A stretch of 34,563 nucleotides of DNA from a virus. Position numbers and translations under genes: made by a program. The notes under the pieces were generated by a model that worked only from the letters and a program-made list of their open reading frames with translations, did not search any database and was not told where the DNA came from. The stretch is taken from the IMG/VR virus record IMGVR_UViG_3300034033_000050; one strand, 5' to 3'. Of the stretch, positions 9,546 to 17,857 are shown piece by piece; the first letter of the stretch is position 1, and the number at the start of each line of letters is the position of its first letter.

Positions 9546-10847
9546 TCACTTGTAATAAATAGTTAATTCAGCTGTTACCAACCTGTCAATAAATGTCATC
9601 CCATCAACCACTGCATATTGATGATTATAAATTTCAATAATGGACTCAAATACATGCAACGGGACTTTGCTGAAGGTCATTTTGGCAGAAGAATAATTGA
9701 GGTCGGCATCAACTGGATAGCTAACATTCTCATATATTATGCTTAATTCTTTTTGTAAATTGTCTTTCAATCTAACATTTAAAAATATATCTTTTCTTGT
9801 TTCATAAAAGCTTCGAGCCACATCAAGTACGGGTCTTTCAGGCAGATAAGAGCGTTCAACAGCAGCATGAGTGCTAACAACAACATCTGTTGAAACACCA
9901 GCCAAACCTTCATTTATATTTACGACCCTCCCAGGATATCTTTCAAGGACAATTGATTCAAAATTCATACTTGTTGCATGCCCCCTGCCCCGCACATAAT
10001 TAGCAAAATATTGACCCGCTCTACATTGCGATGAAGTACGCACCCACCCACCCAAAGAATTTACGTCTAGCTTGTGCATGGCATCACACGCTTTAAGCAT
10101 ATCAGCAGGTAACGGCCTATTAGTATCGGTCAATAAAGAGCGAATCACTTCGGCCTTCATCAGTTCACGCCGCTCAAGTCTCTTTTGTTCTTCTGATTTA
10201 CCAACCTTTAGAGCCACAGATTCCTTCTTACTTCCTAACCCTACATAATCTAACAAATCAAACATCCAAAGAAATACATATATCGAGAACAACAATAGAA
10301 GCACTTGAAATATTATCTTGCCATAAGACGCCTTACCTTTTAATTGTATGTATCTAAAAGACCCCTTTTTAAATTTACTTTTAATGCCATTTTCAAAATT
10401 CTCAAAATCATCATCATCAGTATTATCAGGGAAAAATTCAGATAGCTTGTTATCAATAAAAATATCACCACTTGTCTGTTCCGCAATCCCTTCAACAAAT
10501 AATTCCAGCTCAGTCTGTTCTAGTATTCTATCACTCGATGCATTTATAAGACCGCCTTCAACTTTTAGATAATAAGCACCACTGCCAACCGAAACCAAAG
10601 CGATGAAGCTACTAGAATCAAGATAGCTTATTAACAGTGCAGCAAGTGAATAAAATGGCTTCTTAATATCAGAAACATCACCTGGGTATGGTGAAACTTG
10701 ACAACCAGAAACACCCATATTGATAACATAATAAAATGCAGGGTCAATAACCTGTAAATCCTCTAATATGTCGGCCTTATTATATTCATTATTAGGCTTC
10801 CATTCAGTTCCACAAGCAAAGGTTATATTGTAGAGTTCAAACTGCAT
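9546..10847 (-). CDS. pilO: Type IVb pilus accessory protein PilO-like
   Basis: N-terminal G.EW, YSLAA, G.I...SD; single central TM; C...GGW....S.C pattern; located after the secretin. Confidence 0.75.
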   Translation of the reverse strand: MQFELYNITFACGTEWKPNNEYNKADILEDLQVIDPAFYYVINMGVSGCQVSPYPGDVSDIKKPFYSLAALLISYLDSSSFIALVSVGSGAYYLKVEGGLINASSDRILEQTELELFVEGIAEQTSGDIFIDNKLSEFFPDNTDDDDFENFENGIKSKFKKGSFRYIQLKGKASYGKIIFQVLLLLFSIYVFLWMFDLLDYVGLGSKKESVALKVGKSEEQKRLERRELMKAEVIRSLLTDTNRPLPADMLKACDAMHKLDVNSLGGWVRTSSQCRAGQYFANYVRGRGHATSMNFESIVLERYPGRVVNINEGLAGVSTDVVVSTHAAVERSYLPERPVLDVARSFYETRKDIFLNVRLKDNLQKELSIIYENVSYPVDADLNYSSAKMTFSKVPLHVFESIIEIYNHQYAVVDGMTFIDRLVTAELTIYYK

Positions 10848-12337
10848 TAGTTAACCACCGAAGCATTTACCAGAACAACGACATATTCGTTTTCATTGCT
10901 AATGTTCTTGTTGCCACCCAACAATGCTACCGAGTGATGTATGGCTCCAGTATCAGCTTTTGACTCACTACCGTTGCTGCGCCCAGAAACCATCATATAT
11001 TGACCTGAGCGAACTTTTACGGTGCGAGCAAAGTCAGAAGATTCAGAGACCGGGTATTCAACAAAGCTTCCACCACCAAAGGTCACTCTTTCTTTTCGTA
11101 CTAACTTAGAATCAGACAATTGCATGTTAAGTCTAATTTCTCCTCCATCACCAATAATCATAGGGACCAAAGATAAGCTAAATCCAATGGGTACCTCTTT
11201 AGTAGTAATGGTTTGTAGAACTTGATCACTATTTGCAACAGGTGTCGTAGTTAACTCAAAAAACGGCTCTATAGTTCCCGCTTTAATTACAACAGGCTCC
11301 CCATTCAATGTAGTCATTAACTCTGTACGTTTAGATACAATTTCTGCATTTCTAGATATTGATTGAATTAATGCAGTACTGCCAGTAAATTCATCTTGGG
11401 GGTCAACAATGTTAAATTGAAAATTTCCTGAATCAGTTGAACCCAAATTCATTAAATTAAAATTAGCACCCAGGTTTCCATTGTTGAACAACATATTAAA
11501 GTTGGTGCCACGTTCATCTAACTTATTTCTTTTTAAAGTTAATATTTCAACTTCTACTGAAATCAACTGATTTGCTTTTTTATTAATCCCAACAATAATC
11601 TGATCAAGTCTATTAATTTTGTCATGAGTTGATGTTGCGGTTATTAGGCCAAGTGATAAAGAAACCTCAACCGTTCCATCTTTTCCAATGACCGATTCTG
11701 CTAGCTTTTTAACCGACTCAAAAGCATTAAACTTAGACTTACTAGTATAAGATTGTTTGGCTCGAACCGATTGTCCACCACCTTGGGCATCTTGTCCTGA
11801 TTTACCAGATGAGTCCATAGATGCATTGACATTCTTTTCATCTAGTGACAAATCTAGATGCCATGATTTCGTTATCATGTGTGTGACAAATACCTTGTTT
11901 TTATTTACATTCCAAGAACAAGAATATACATGGCATAAGTAATTCAAAAATTCTTTTTTAGTTCCATCAAACGAACTTATATAACCAACCTTTTTTCCAC
12001 GCGGATTGCGCAATACATCTGGATCAATTGAAAGACTATCGCCAAATATCGAGATTAATTGAATAAACAAGTCATCTTTAGTCAAGCCCTTAGAAGTGAA
12101 AGATAATTTATCATCTAAGAAAGATGATTCAAGTTTTGACGCTCCAAGAACATCAACATAAATACCATCTTCAATTACGGTTACATTCTTCTTTTTTATA
12201 GAAGCAGCGGCCTGTTGAGCAATAGGTTCATCAAACTTTGGCATGATTTCATGAGTTACAGGTTTTATCATGGTTGCTTTCTGACATGACGCCAAAACCA
12301 AAACCATTAAAAATAATATAATTTTATCTACAAACAT
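10847..12337 (-). CDS. pilN: Type IVb pilus lipoprotein secretin (PilN/BfpB family)
   Basis: Lipobox VLASC; Ser/Gly-rich N-domain loop; secretin motifs TTLNGEP, GFSLSLVP, VKVRSGQ...SG. Confidence 0.9.
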   Translation of the reverse strand: MFVDKIILFLMVLVLASCQKATMIKPVTHEIMPKFDEPIAQQAAASIKKKNVTVIEDGIYVDVLGASKLESSFLDDKLSFTSKGLTKDDLFIQLISIFGDSLSIDPDVLRNPRGKKVGYISSFDGTKKEFLNYLCHVYSCSWNVNKNKVFVTHMITKSWHLDLSLDEKNVNASMDSSGKSGQDAQGGGQSVRAKQSYTSKSKFNAFESVKKLAESVIGKDGTVEVSLSLGLITATSTHDKINRLDQIIVGINKKANQLISVEVEILTLKRNKLDERGTNFNMLFNNGNLGANFNLMNLGSTDSGNFQFNIVDPQDEFTGSTALIQSISRNAEIVSKRTELMTTLNGEPVVIKAGTIEPFFELTTTPVANSDQVLQTITTKEVPIGFSLSLVPMIIGDGGEIRLNMQLSDSKLVRKERVTFGGGSFVEYPVSESSDFARTVKVRSGQYMMVSGRSNGSESKADTGAIHHSVALLGGNKNISNENEYVVVLVNASVVN

Positions 12338-12743
12338 TTGAATTCACCTGTATTAATAATGTTGGATTTGTCTTACTCTTATAAAGACAAACATGTAGAA
12401 ATATATTTTCAGAAGCCAGTAAATCAAAAGTGTTTATTTTGTCAATGAACGAATCTAATGAATCAACAATTCCATCAAAGAAAACAACATCAATAGGCAC
12501 AATTAAATTCTTAACACCGCCAAAATTGCCAAGCTTTAAATAAGGTTTATAGCCCCCTTGCGCTGCCCATGATCCAATAATAGACTCAAATGTTTCACCT
12601 GAATCAATTTTGTAAACACCGTCATATTGTGCCGATACCGTTTCCGGAATTGTTATCTCAACATATTCATCATCATTTGTTTGGCCAAAACTCAATTCGC
12701 CATATAAAACGAATAAAGATATTATTAAAAAATTAACTCTCAT
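12324..12743 (-). CDS. TcpQ-domain-like pilus accessory protein
   Basis: Signal peptide; YKIDSGETFESIIGSWAAQGGY resembles the TcpQ/PilL C-terminal domain. Confidence 0.55.
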   Translation of the reverse strand: MRVNFLIISLFVLYGELSFGQTNDDEYVEITIPETVSAQYDGVYKIDSGETFESIIGSWAAQGGYKPYLKLGNFGGVKNLIVPIDVVFFDGIVDSLDSFIDKINTFDLLASENIFLHVCLYKSKTNPTLLIQVNSNVCR

Positions 12744-13758
12744 GTGAGATCTCCAATTTGTTATTTGTTAATTTAAACATGACATGTATTTTGCGCTTCA
12801 TCATTGCAGGATTATTGTTTATCATATCTTGCATTTTTAAAACCGCCACTGTCTTGTCATCACCACAATCCACATAGGAATCAAATATTATATTTTTAAT
12901 CCATAACGAACTATCTGCAAATTGTATATCTGTATCTGGAAGCCACTCTTTAACTGTACTTACAAGAGTCCTTCCTTCAGTTATCTGATACTCTTTATTT
13001 TCCGGGGCTGTTATCAATGGGGTTTTATTTTCAACCAATGATTTCGAATCACCTGATTTGATGTTTAAGTTATTTGTAATAATGGGCTTAATATCTGAAA
13101 CTATAGCTGTTGGCACTTTTGCAGTGATGCTGTTTGAAACTATTTTGTTTTCTGTGACATTAGATTTAAATTGACGATAAGTTATTTTTTTAACTGAAGC
13201 ATCTAAACCTAGCTGTCTATTAATATACGAAACCTCACTATCAACATCAATACCTGGCAAACCCACCACAATGTAAGTTAATGACGCATTGTTCTTACTT
13301 GTTGGATTTACTAAAACTGCATTAGGTACGATTTTCTTAATGCGGTTATAAAATCTATGCGCATTTAAAGAGTCCCCATAAGCGCCGTATTGAGCAACTA
13401 AGTTATCACCTGTTGGATACCTGCCAGAATTCAATTTATGCACATAGTCCATTTTAATAATATTCTGCACATCAACAACAGTGCTAAATGTTCGCGATGG
13501 ACTTACTTGTTCTTTTTCAACAAATGGAACTTTAGTAGTTTTACCTGTATCATTGGACTCAATTAGAATGTCATCCTTTATAGTCACATCATTTACATCA
13601 ACCAAATCACGCGAACTGGATTTGCTCTCAACATTGTTCAAAAAATCATTGTCCAATATAACAACTGGTTTTTTCGGTGGTGAGCCAATTAAGTTTAACT
13701 CAAACTTAGCAAAAACACCCCCAGCAAAAACGCACATTAATAATATTAAATATTTCAT
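12733..13758 (-). CDS. PilL-like periplasmic protein (SPOR-like plus TcpQ-like domains)
   Basis: Signal peptide; VAQYGAYGDSLNA is SPOR-like; YQITEGRTLVSTVKEW is TcpQ-like; first gene of the pil cluster. Confidence 0.55.
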   Translation of the reverse strand: MKYLILLMCVFAGGVFAKFELNLIGSPPKKPVVILDNDFLNNVESKSSSRDLVDVNDVTIKDDILIESNDTGKTTKVPFVEKEQVSPSRTFSTVVDVQNIIKMDYVHKLNSGRYPTGDNLVAQYGAYGDSLNAHRFYNRIKKIVPNAVLVNPTSKNNASLTYIVVGLPGIDVDSEVSYINRQLGLDASVKKITYRQFKSNVTENKIVSNSITAKVPTAIVSDIKPIITNNLNIKSGDSKSLVENKTPLITAPENKEYQITEGRTLVSTVKEWLPDTDIQFADSSLWIKNIIFDSYVDCGDDKTVAVLKMQDMINNNPAMMKRKIHVMFKLTNNKLEISHES

Positions 13759-14003
13759 ACTCTATAGTTACCCCAAATCAAATTAGAAAATACAGTCTTT
13801 AAACGCCAAAACCATTTCATTAAACCAATACCAAATAAATGTTCTGAAACTGGAGACGCCACTAAAACAAAAACACCTGTTCCAAACAATAACCACGAAT
13901 GTACAAAAATAGAAGGAATGAAAAGAAATAACGAAAACACATTCATACCATATAAATCCGGAGTATCCGAAGTATGCCGCCACCAAAACCTACTGTATGA
14001 CAT
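13755..14003 (-). CDS. icmT: IcmT/TraK family small membrane protein
   Basis: WRHT..., hydrophobic core with HSW, basic C-terminus; directly after dotB as in traHIJK. Start set at ATG 14003 after GGAGAGG. Confidence 0.75.
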   Translation of the reverse strand: MSYSRFWWRHTSDTPDLYGMNVFSLFLFIPSIFVHSWLLFGTGVFVLVASPVSEHLFGIGLMKWFWRLKTVFSNLIWGNYRV

Positions 14004-15153
14004 GTTGAACCTCTCCAATTGATGAGCACAAAGTATTGTGCGTCTCTCTTGTTATTATTTCTTCGTTGTACAATCTTTGTGCATCACCTGGCAAGGTGAC
14101 GCCGTACTCCAGAAATAAGTCCTGTAATACACCTACAATCTTAGACACCGCATCTGACGCAATCTTCTGCAGCTGTCTTTTCATATCGGCATCAAATATC
14201 AAATATTCCCGTACTGCCACCCTTCCACCGCCAATCTTAGGAACAAGATTTTGTACCAATATAAAATTAGTTTGCTCAATTGCTTTACTGATAACCCTAT
14301 CTCGTTGCTCACCTTCATAAAACGATGCCAATCTTTGAAATAATTGTGGACCTCTGGCAACATGTAATGTGGTTATGACATTATGACCGGTTTCAGCTAC
14401 CTGAAGTAATGCATTAGTTGTATGCATATCTCTCACTTCACCAACAAAAACAGAATCAGGAGACATTCTTAACGAGTTTTTAATTCCCTCATCATATGTA
14501 CTAACATCATCAGGAATTTCCATTGAAGTGATTATTCCTCTTGGATTTACCAACATGTCAAAAACAAATTCTCGCGGGTCCTCAAGCGACAAAATGTGCT
14601 TGGGAATAGTTTCAAGCATAACCCGAATTAAGCTGGCAATAGATGTAGATTTTCCAGAATTGGTCGCGCCACACACAAAACCAACTCCGTGCCTAAATTC
14701 CATCTGAACATCAATTATTCCCTGCTCTAGACCTAGCTCAAAAGGCGTGGGGGGAACGATTGGTATCTCTCTTATTACAACAACCATTGATTCTCTTGCG
14801 CTAGTACTAGCAATCTGCATTCTATAACGCAAATTTGAAACAGTCCCGTCCTTCAGGGTTGCCTTCTTGACCGTATAACCCATGCCATGGGGTTTTCCTG
14901 TTTTTATAACCGTTTTAACTGCTTCGTTTGTAATTAAAGTTATTACATGTTCAAACTTAGAAGTCTCTACTATGCCTTGAGTAACTGGAACAATGACTCC
15001 ATTGAGTTTAAAATATATTTTGCTGTCAGGGCGTAAATAAGCATCCGATGATTTTGTATTGTGCATATGTATAAGCATATTTCTAAAAGCAATCTTGTCG
15101 AAATTAGATATATCTAATTGTTCAATAGCAACTTGGTTAACTACAGAATTCAT
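13990..15153 (-). CDS. dotB: Type IVB secretion ATPase DotB/TraJ
   Basis: SSDAYL, RYR, GATNSGKST, LEDPREF, LRMSPDSVFVGEVRD, TGH, TTLH, RVAVREYLIFD; dotD-dotC-dotB synteny. Confidence 0.9.
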   Translation of the reverse strand: MNSVVNQVAIEQLDISNFDKIAFRNMLIHMHNTKSSDAYLRPDSKIYFKLNGVIVPVTQGIVETSKFEHVITLITNEAVKTVIKTGKPHGMGYTVKKATLKDGTVSNLRYRMQIASTSARESMVVVIREIPIVPPTPFELGLEQGIIDVQMEFRHGVGFVCGATNSGKSTSIASLIRVMLETIPKHILSLEDPREFVFDMLVNPRGIITSMEIPDDVSTYDEGIKNSLRMSPDSVFVGEVRDMHTTNALLQVAETGHNVITTLHVARGPQLFQRLASFYEGEQRDRVISKAIEQTNFILVQNLVPKIGGGRVAVREYLIFDADMKRQLQKIASDAVSKIVGVLQDLFLEYGVTLPGDAQRLYNEEIITRETHNTLCSSIGEVQHVIQ

Positions 15154-15980
15154 TTAGAAACCTCAAGCTCAAGAGCCCCAGCACCCAAAGATGATTTAGT
15201 ATTGGATAATGAAATATATGGCTCCCATTTATCTTTAGAGACAAACTTATCGTCATCGGTAGAATTAACTAAAACATCTCTGATATTTATTTCCTTATCA
15301 GTAACTATAATCCCATTGTTAAATTTTTCTAACTTACTAAACGATATTATTCCAACATCATTTAAATAATGAGCCAATAGCATTCCCTTGTAATCTCTTA
15401 ACATAACCGCCATTTGATAATCAATTTCATCTTGTGCCTGAAGAACTCCCTGTTGAATCCCTTTTTTAACTGCTTTTGACCAAGCATCTTTTTCCTTATT
15501 ATTAATAAGATTAAAATCAGATGGTACACTTGGAGCATCTTCATCTTCTTGAAGGTAAATATATGTTCTCCAAGTTGGGATGTTGTAAGTTACTGTTGAA
15601 CCCCTAACCATGCGATACATTTTTTTTACTTCTCTATGGTGGGTAGCATCCTCTCTTTCATAAAAGTCATCTGCTTCCACAATAACTGGTGGAAGCATGT
15701 TCTCACCTATTAAAAGGTTTGAAAAATTAAAGCCATCTAAGTAACTTGAAATCTTATCAAGTGAATTATTGAACTCGCGAATCTTTTTGTTGCGCCCATA
15801 AAATATTCCATAATTCCCAGCAATTGATTCAATGATATTAAATCTTGCATCACTAAATTCACTTTTCTGTTTTAGAATGTTTCCAGAGATAACATCCTTT
15901 ATATTAATATCATTCTGAGCTACAACATCATAACCAAGTACAATTAAAACAATAAGGATTGAGACTTTAAGGGCATTCAT
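15150..15980 (-). CDS. dotC: Type IVB secretion protein DotC/TraI
   Basis: FNFSNL, MLPPVIVE, PTWRTY, W...V..G...G..QA, RDYKGM motifs. Start set at ATG 15980 (MNALKV). Confidence 0.9.
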   Translation of the reverse strand: MNALKVSILIVLIVLGYDVVAQNDINIKDVISGNILKQKSEFSDARFNIIESIAGNYGIFYGRNKKIREFNNSLDKISSYLDGFNFSNLLIGENMLPPVIVEADDFYEREDATHHREVKKMYRMVRGSTVTYNIPTWRTYIYLQEDEDAPSVPSDFNLINNKEKDAWSKAVKKGIQQGVLQAQDEIDYQMAVMLRDYKGMLLAHYLNDVGIISFSKLEKFNNGIIVTDKEINIRDVLVNSTDDDKFVSKDKWEPYISLSNTKSSLGAGALELEVSK

Positions 15981-15981
15981 T

Positions 15982-16470
15982 CTAGTTTCCTTTACCGAAT
16001 TCAATTTCAACAGTAAAAGACGAATTGTCAAGATGAGCATTAACAGTTAATTTATTTTGAGATGATAATTGAGAACCAATATGCTTTAGTATATCTATTA
16101 ATTTTGTGTCCTTATCATTTACATAGACATCAATTGGAATCGAAGGCTTTACATTAGATACAACAAAATTAAATCCAATTTGTTTTGACAGCGCATACAT
16201 TAGTTTAACAACATCTCCATAATAGCGAACATCGTAATTAATCCTTAAGCTCTCAGGAAGAATGTCATAATCAACAATATTGGAAGTTGGGCCATTAAGT
16301 TTACGTACGTGTGAAGACTCTATAGATAAACCCCTGGCATAAGAATTTGTCTCTTTAAGAGTATCTGCAATCATAGACTCAAAAGCACTTGGTCCCTTAA
16401 CAGGAGTTATTTTTCGAGGTGCACACGATTGAATATAGATGGCCAGAACCACAATTAATAATAAACGCAT
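15982..16470 (-). CDS. dotD: Type IVB secretion lipoprotein DotD/TraH
   Basis: Lipobox IQSC; YYGD....L....GFNF.V....P.IPI.V.V.......DIL..IGSQ. Confidence 0.88.
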   Translation of the reverse strand: MRLLLIVVLAIYIQSCAPRKITPVKGPSAFESMIADTLKETNSYARGLSIESSHVRKLNGPTSNIVDYDILPESLRINYDVRYYGDVVKLMYALSKQIGFNFVVSNVKPSIPIDVYVNDKDTKLIDILKHIGSQLSSQNKLTVNAHLDNSSFTVEIEFGKGN

Positions 16471-16506
16471 ATTTTATATTTCTAATTTTTATAAACATTA
16501 ATACAG

Positions 16507-16523
16507 TGACATCAAATGTGTCA
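16507..16523. promoter_or_regulatory. Operator-like inverted repeat TGACA-N7-TGTCA just downstream of the tra/pil promoter
   Basis: TGACA at 16507-16511 and TGTCA at 16519-16523. Confidence 0.4.
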
Positions 16524-16531
16524 TGGCTTCA

Positions 16532-16561
16532 ATTCTACATGGACAAACTTATAAATGTCAA
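16532..16561 (-). promoter_or_regulatory. Sigma70-type promoter for the dot/pil operon
   Basis: Minus strand TTGACA-N18-TAGAAT, about 60 bp upstream of the dotD ATG. Confidence 0.7.
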
Positions 16562-16575
16562 CACAATAATCTTAT

Positions 16576-16770
16576 CCATGTAACCAATTGCTTAATATCC
16601 ATATAACCCACCCCCTTTCCCCACAAATATCATGCATAAAGCGACTAATTGTAAAAATTCGGCATATCCATGTATGCAAGAATCAGTTAACCATATAATC
16701 ATTTACCCCATTACACATATATGCTTGAAAAAAATAGCCATATATCATATTTAAAATTACCCATGTAACA
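16576..16770 (+). repeat. Phased direct repeats CCATRTA (about 23-bp period); candidate protein-binding array (oriT, att or operator)
   Basis: Boxes start at 16576, 16599, 16668, 16691, 16715 (ACATATA), 16738 and 16761. An inverted copy at 16536-16542 overlaps the -10. Confidence 0.75.
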
Positions 16771-16855
16771 CGGGGGTATGTAAAAATATTTAATTATGGT
16801 AAACTAGGCCTACGCTTATAGAAAAGCACTGTATTAAAATAAGAACACATAAATT

Positions 16856-17857
16856 ATGAATCAAGATATTGCGCCAAGTACAATCAGCCAATACGCGACA
16901 AAATCGCAGTGGCTGAATAACAGATACCTAAAATATAAATCCGATACCCAGAAAGGACTAGTTCAATGGGTTGGTGAGGTGACGAGTAAAATAGGAATGA
17001 GGGCATGGACATCCTACAGAGCTGCACTTATATGGGGACTAAATAATAACGAGATATTGCTAGACGGTACAAATAAAGAAAAGCAAGTGGCCATTTTAAC
17101 CAATCCTAAAAACGTAAGATGTATTAAAAAAAGGGATTCAACTAAAACAACCAGATTAAGATATAAAAACATTCCTGAACAAATTTATAAAAAGCTACAG
17201 ATGCTGATGAATGGTTCATCTTCTAATTATGATACATATTTAAAGTATTGTTTTGAGGCTACTATAATGACTGGCTTAAGACCAAGCGAATGGAAGACTC
17301 TTGAGATAGGCAAAATCAAAGACAAGGATGGAAATAGTGCTCATTTATTGAGAGTTAAAAATGGCAAAGCGTCACAAGGCAGGTCTTTTGGAATGTATAG
17401 AAATCTATTAGTTAAGGCATCTAGTACAGACATGGATATAATCATCAAAGTAAATGAAATGGCTAAAACCATATATCAAAAAGGAGGTTTAAAAGCATGG
17501 GACAAATTCAACACAAGCTGTATTGATAGACTAAAATATCTCAACACTAGAATAGGACAAACTGGTAAAAAGAAAAGGGTTACACTATATTCCGCAAGAC
17601 ACCAATTCAAAATAAACATGGAAGCCCGAGAAGGTTGTGACCGATATATTTTGGCAGCACTTATGGGTCACGGTTCAATTGCAACTGCGGGTATAAACTA
17701 CGGCAGAAAGGGCAAGGCTATAAAATCCAGAATCAAAATCATACCTCATAAAATCGATGTTAATAAAGTAAAGCAATTGAACGAAGGTAAGAACTATAAA
17801 CTTGAATTCGACAACTCGGTTAAAAACAAGACTCAACATAGGCATGTAAACAAATGA
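16856..17857 (+). CDS. Tyrosine recombinase / integrase-family protein
   Basis: TGLRPSE (R), KNGK (K), YSARHQF (xxR), LMGH (H), INYG (Y); very basic protein; stop overlaps the dotM start (ATGA). Confidence 0.85.
   Translation: MNQDIAPSTISQYATKSQWLNNRYLKYKSDTQKGLVQWVGEVTSKIGMRAWTSYRAALIWGLNNNEILLDGTNKEKQVAILTNPKNVRCIKKRDSTKTTRLRYKNIPEQIYKKLQMLMNGSSSNYDTYLKYCFEATIMTGLRPSEWKTLEIGKIKDKDGNSAHLLRVKNGKASQGRSFGMYRNLLVKASSTDMDIIIKVNEMAKTIYQKGGLKAWDKFNTSCIDRLKYLNTRIGQTGKKKRVTLYSARHQFKINMEAREGCDRYILAALMGHGSIATAGINYGRKGKAIKSRIKIIPHKIDVNKVKQLNEGKNYKLEFDNSVKNKTQHRHVNK

Noticed and set aside
16576-16770. CRISPR array
   Set aside because: Repeats are only 7-10 bp with a 23-bp period; no cas genes in the window.
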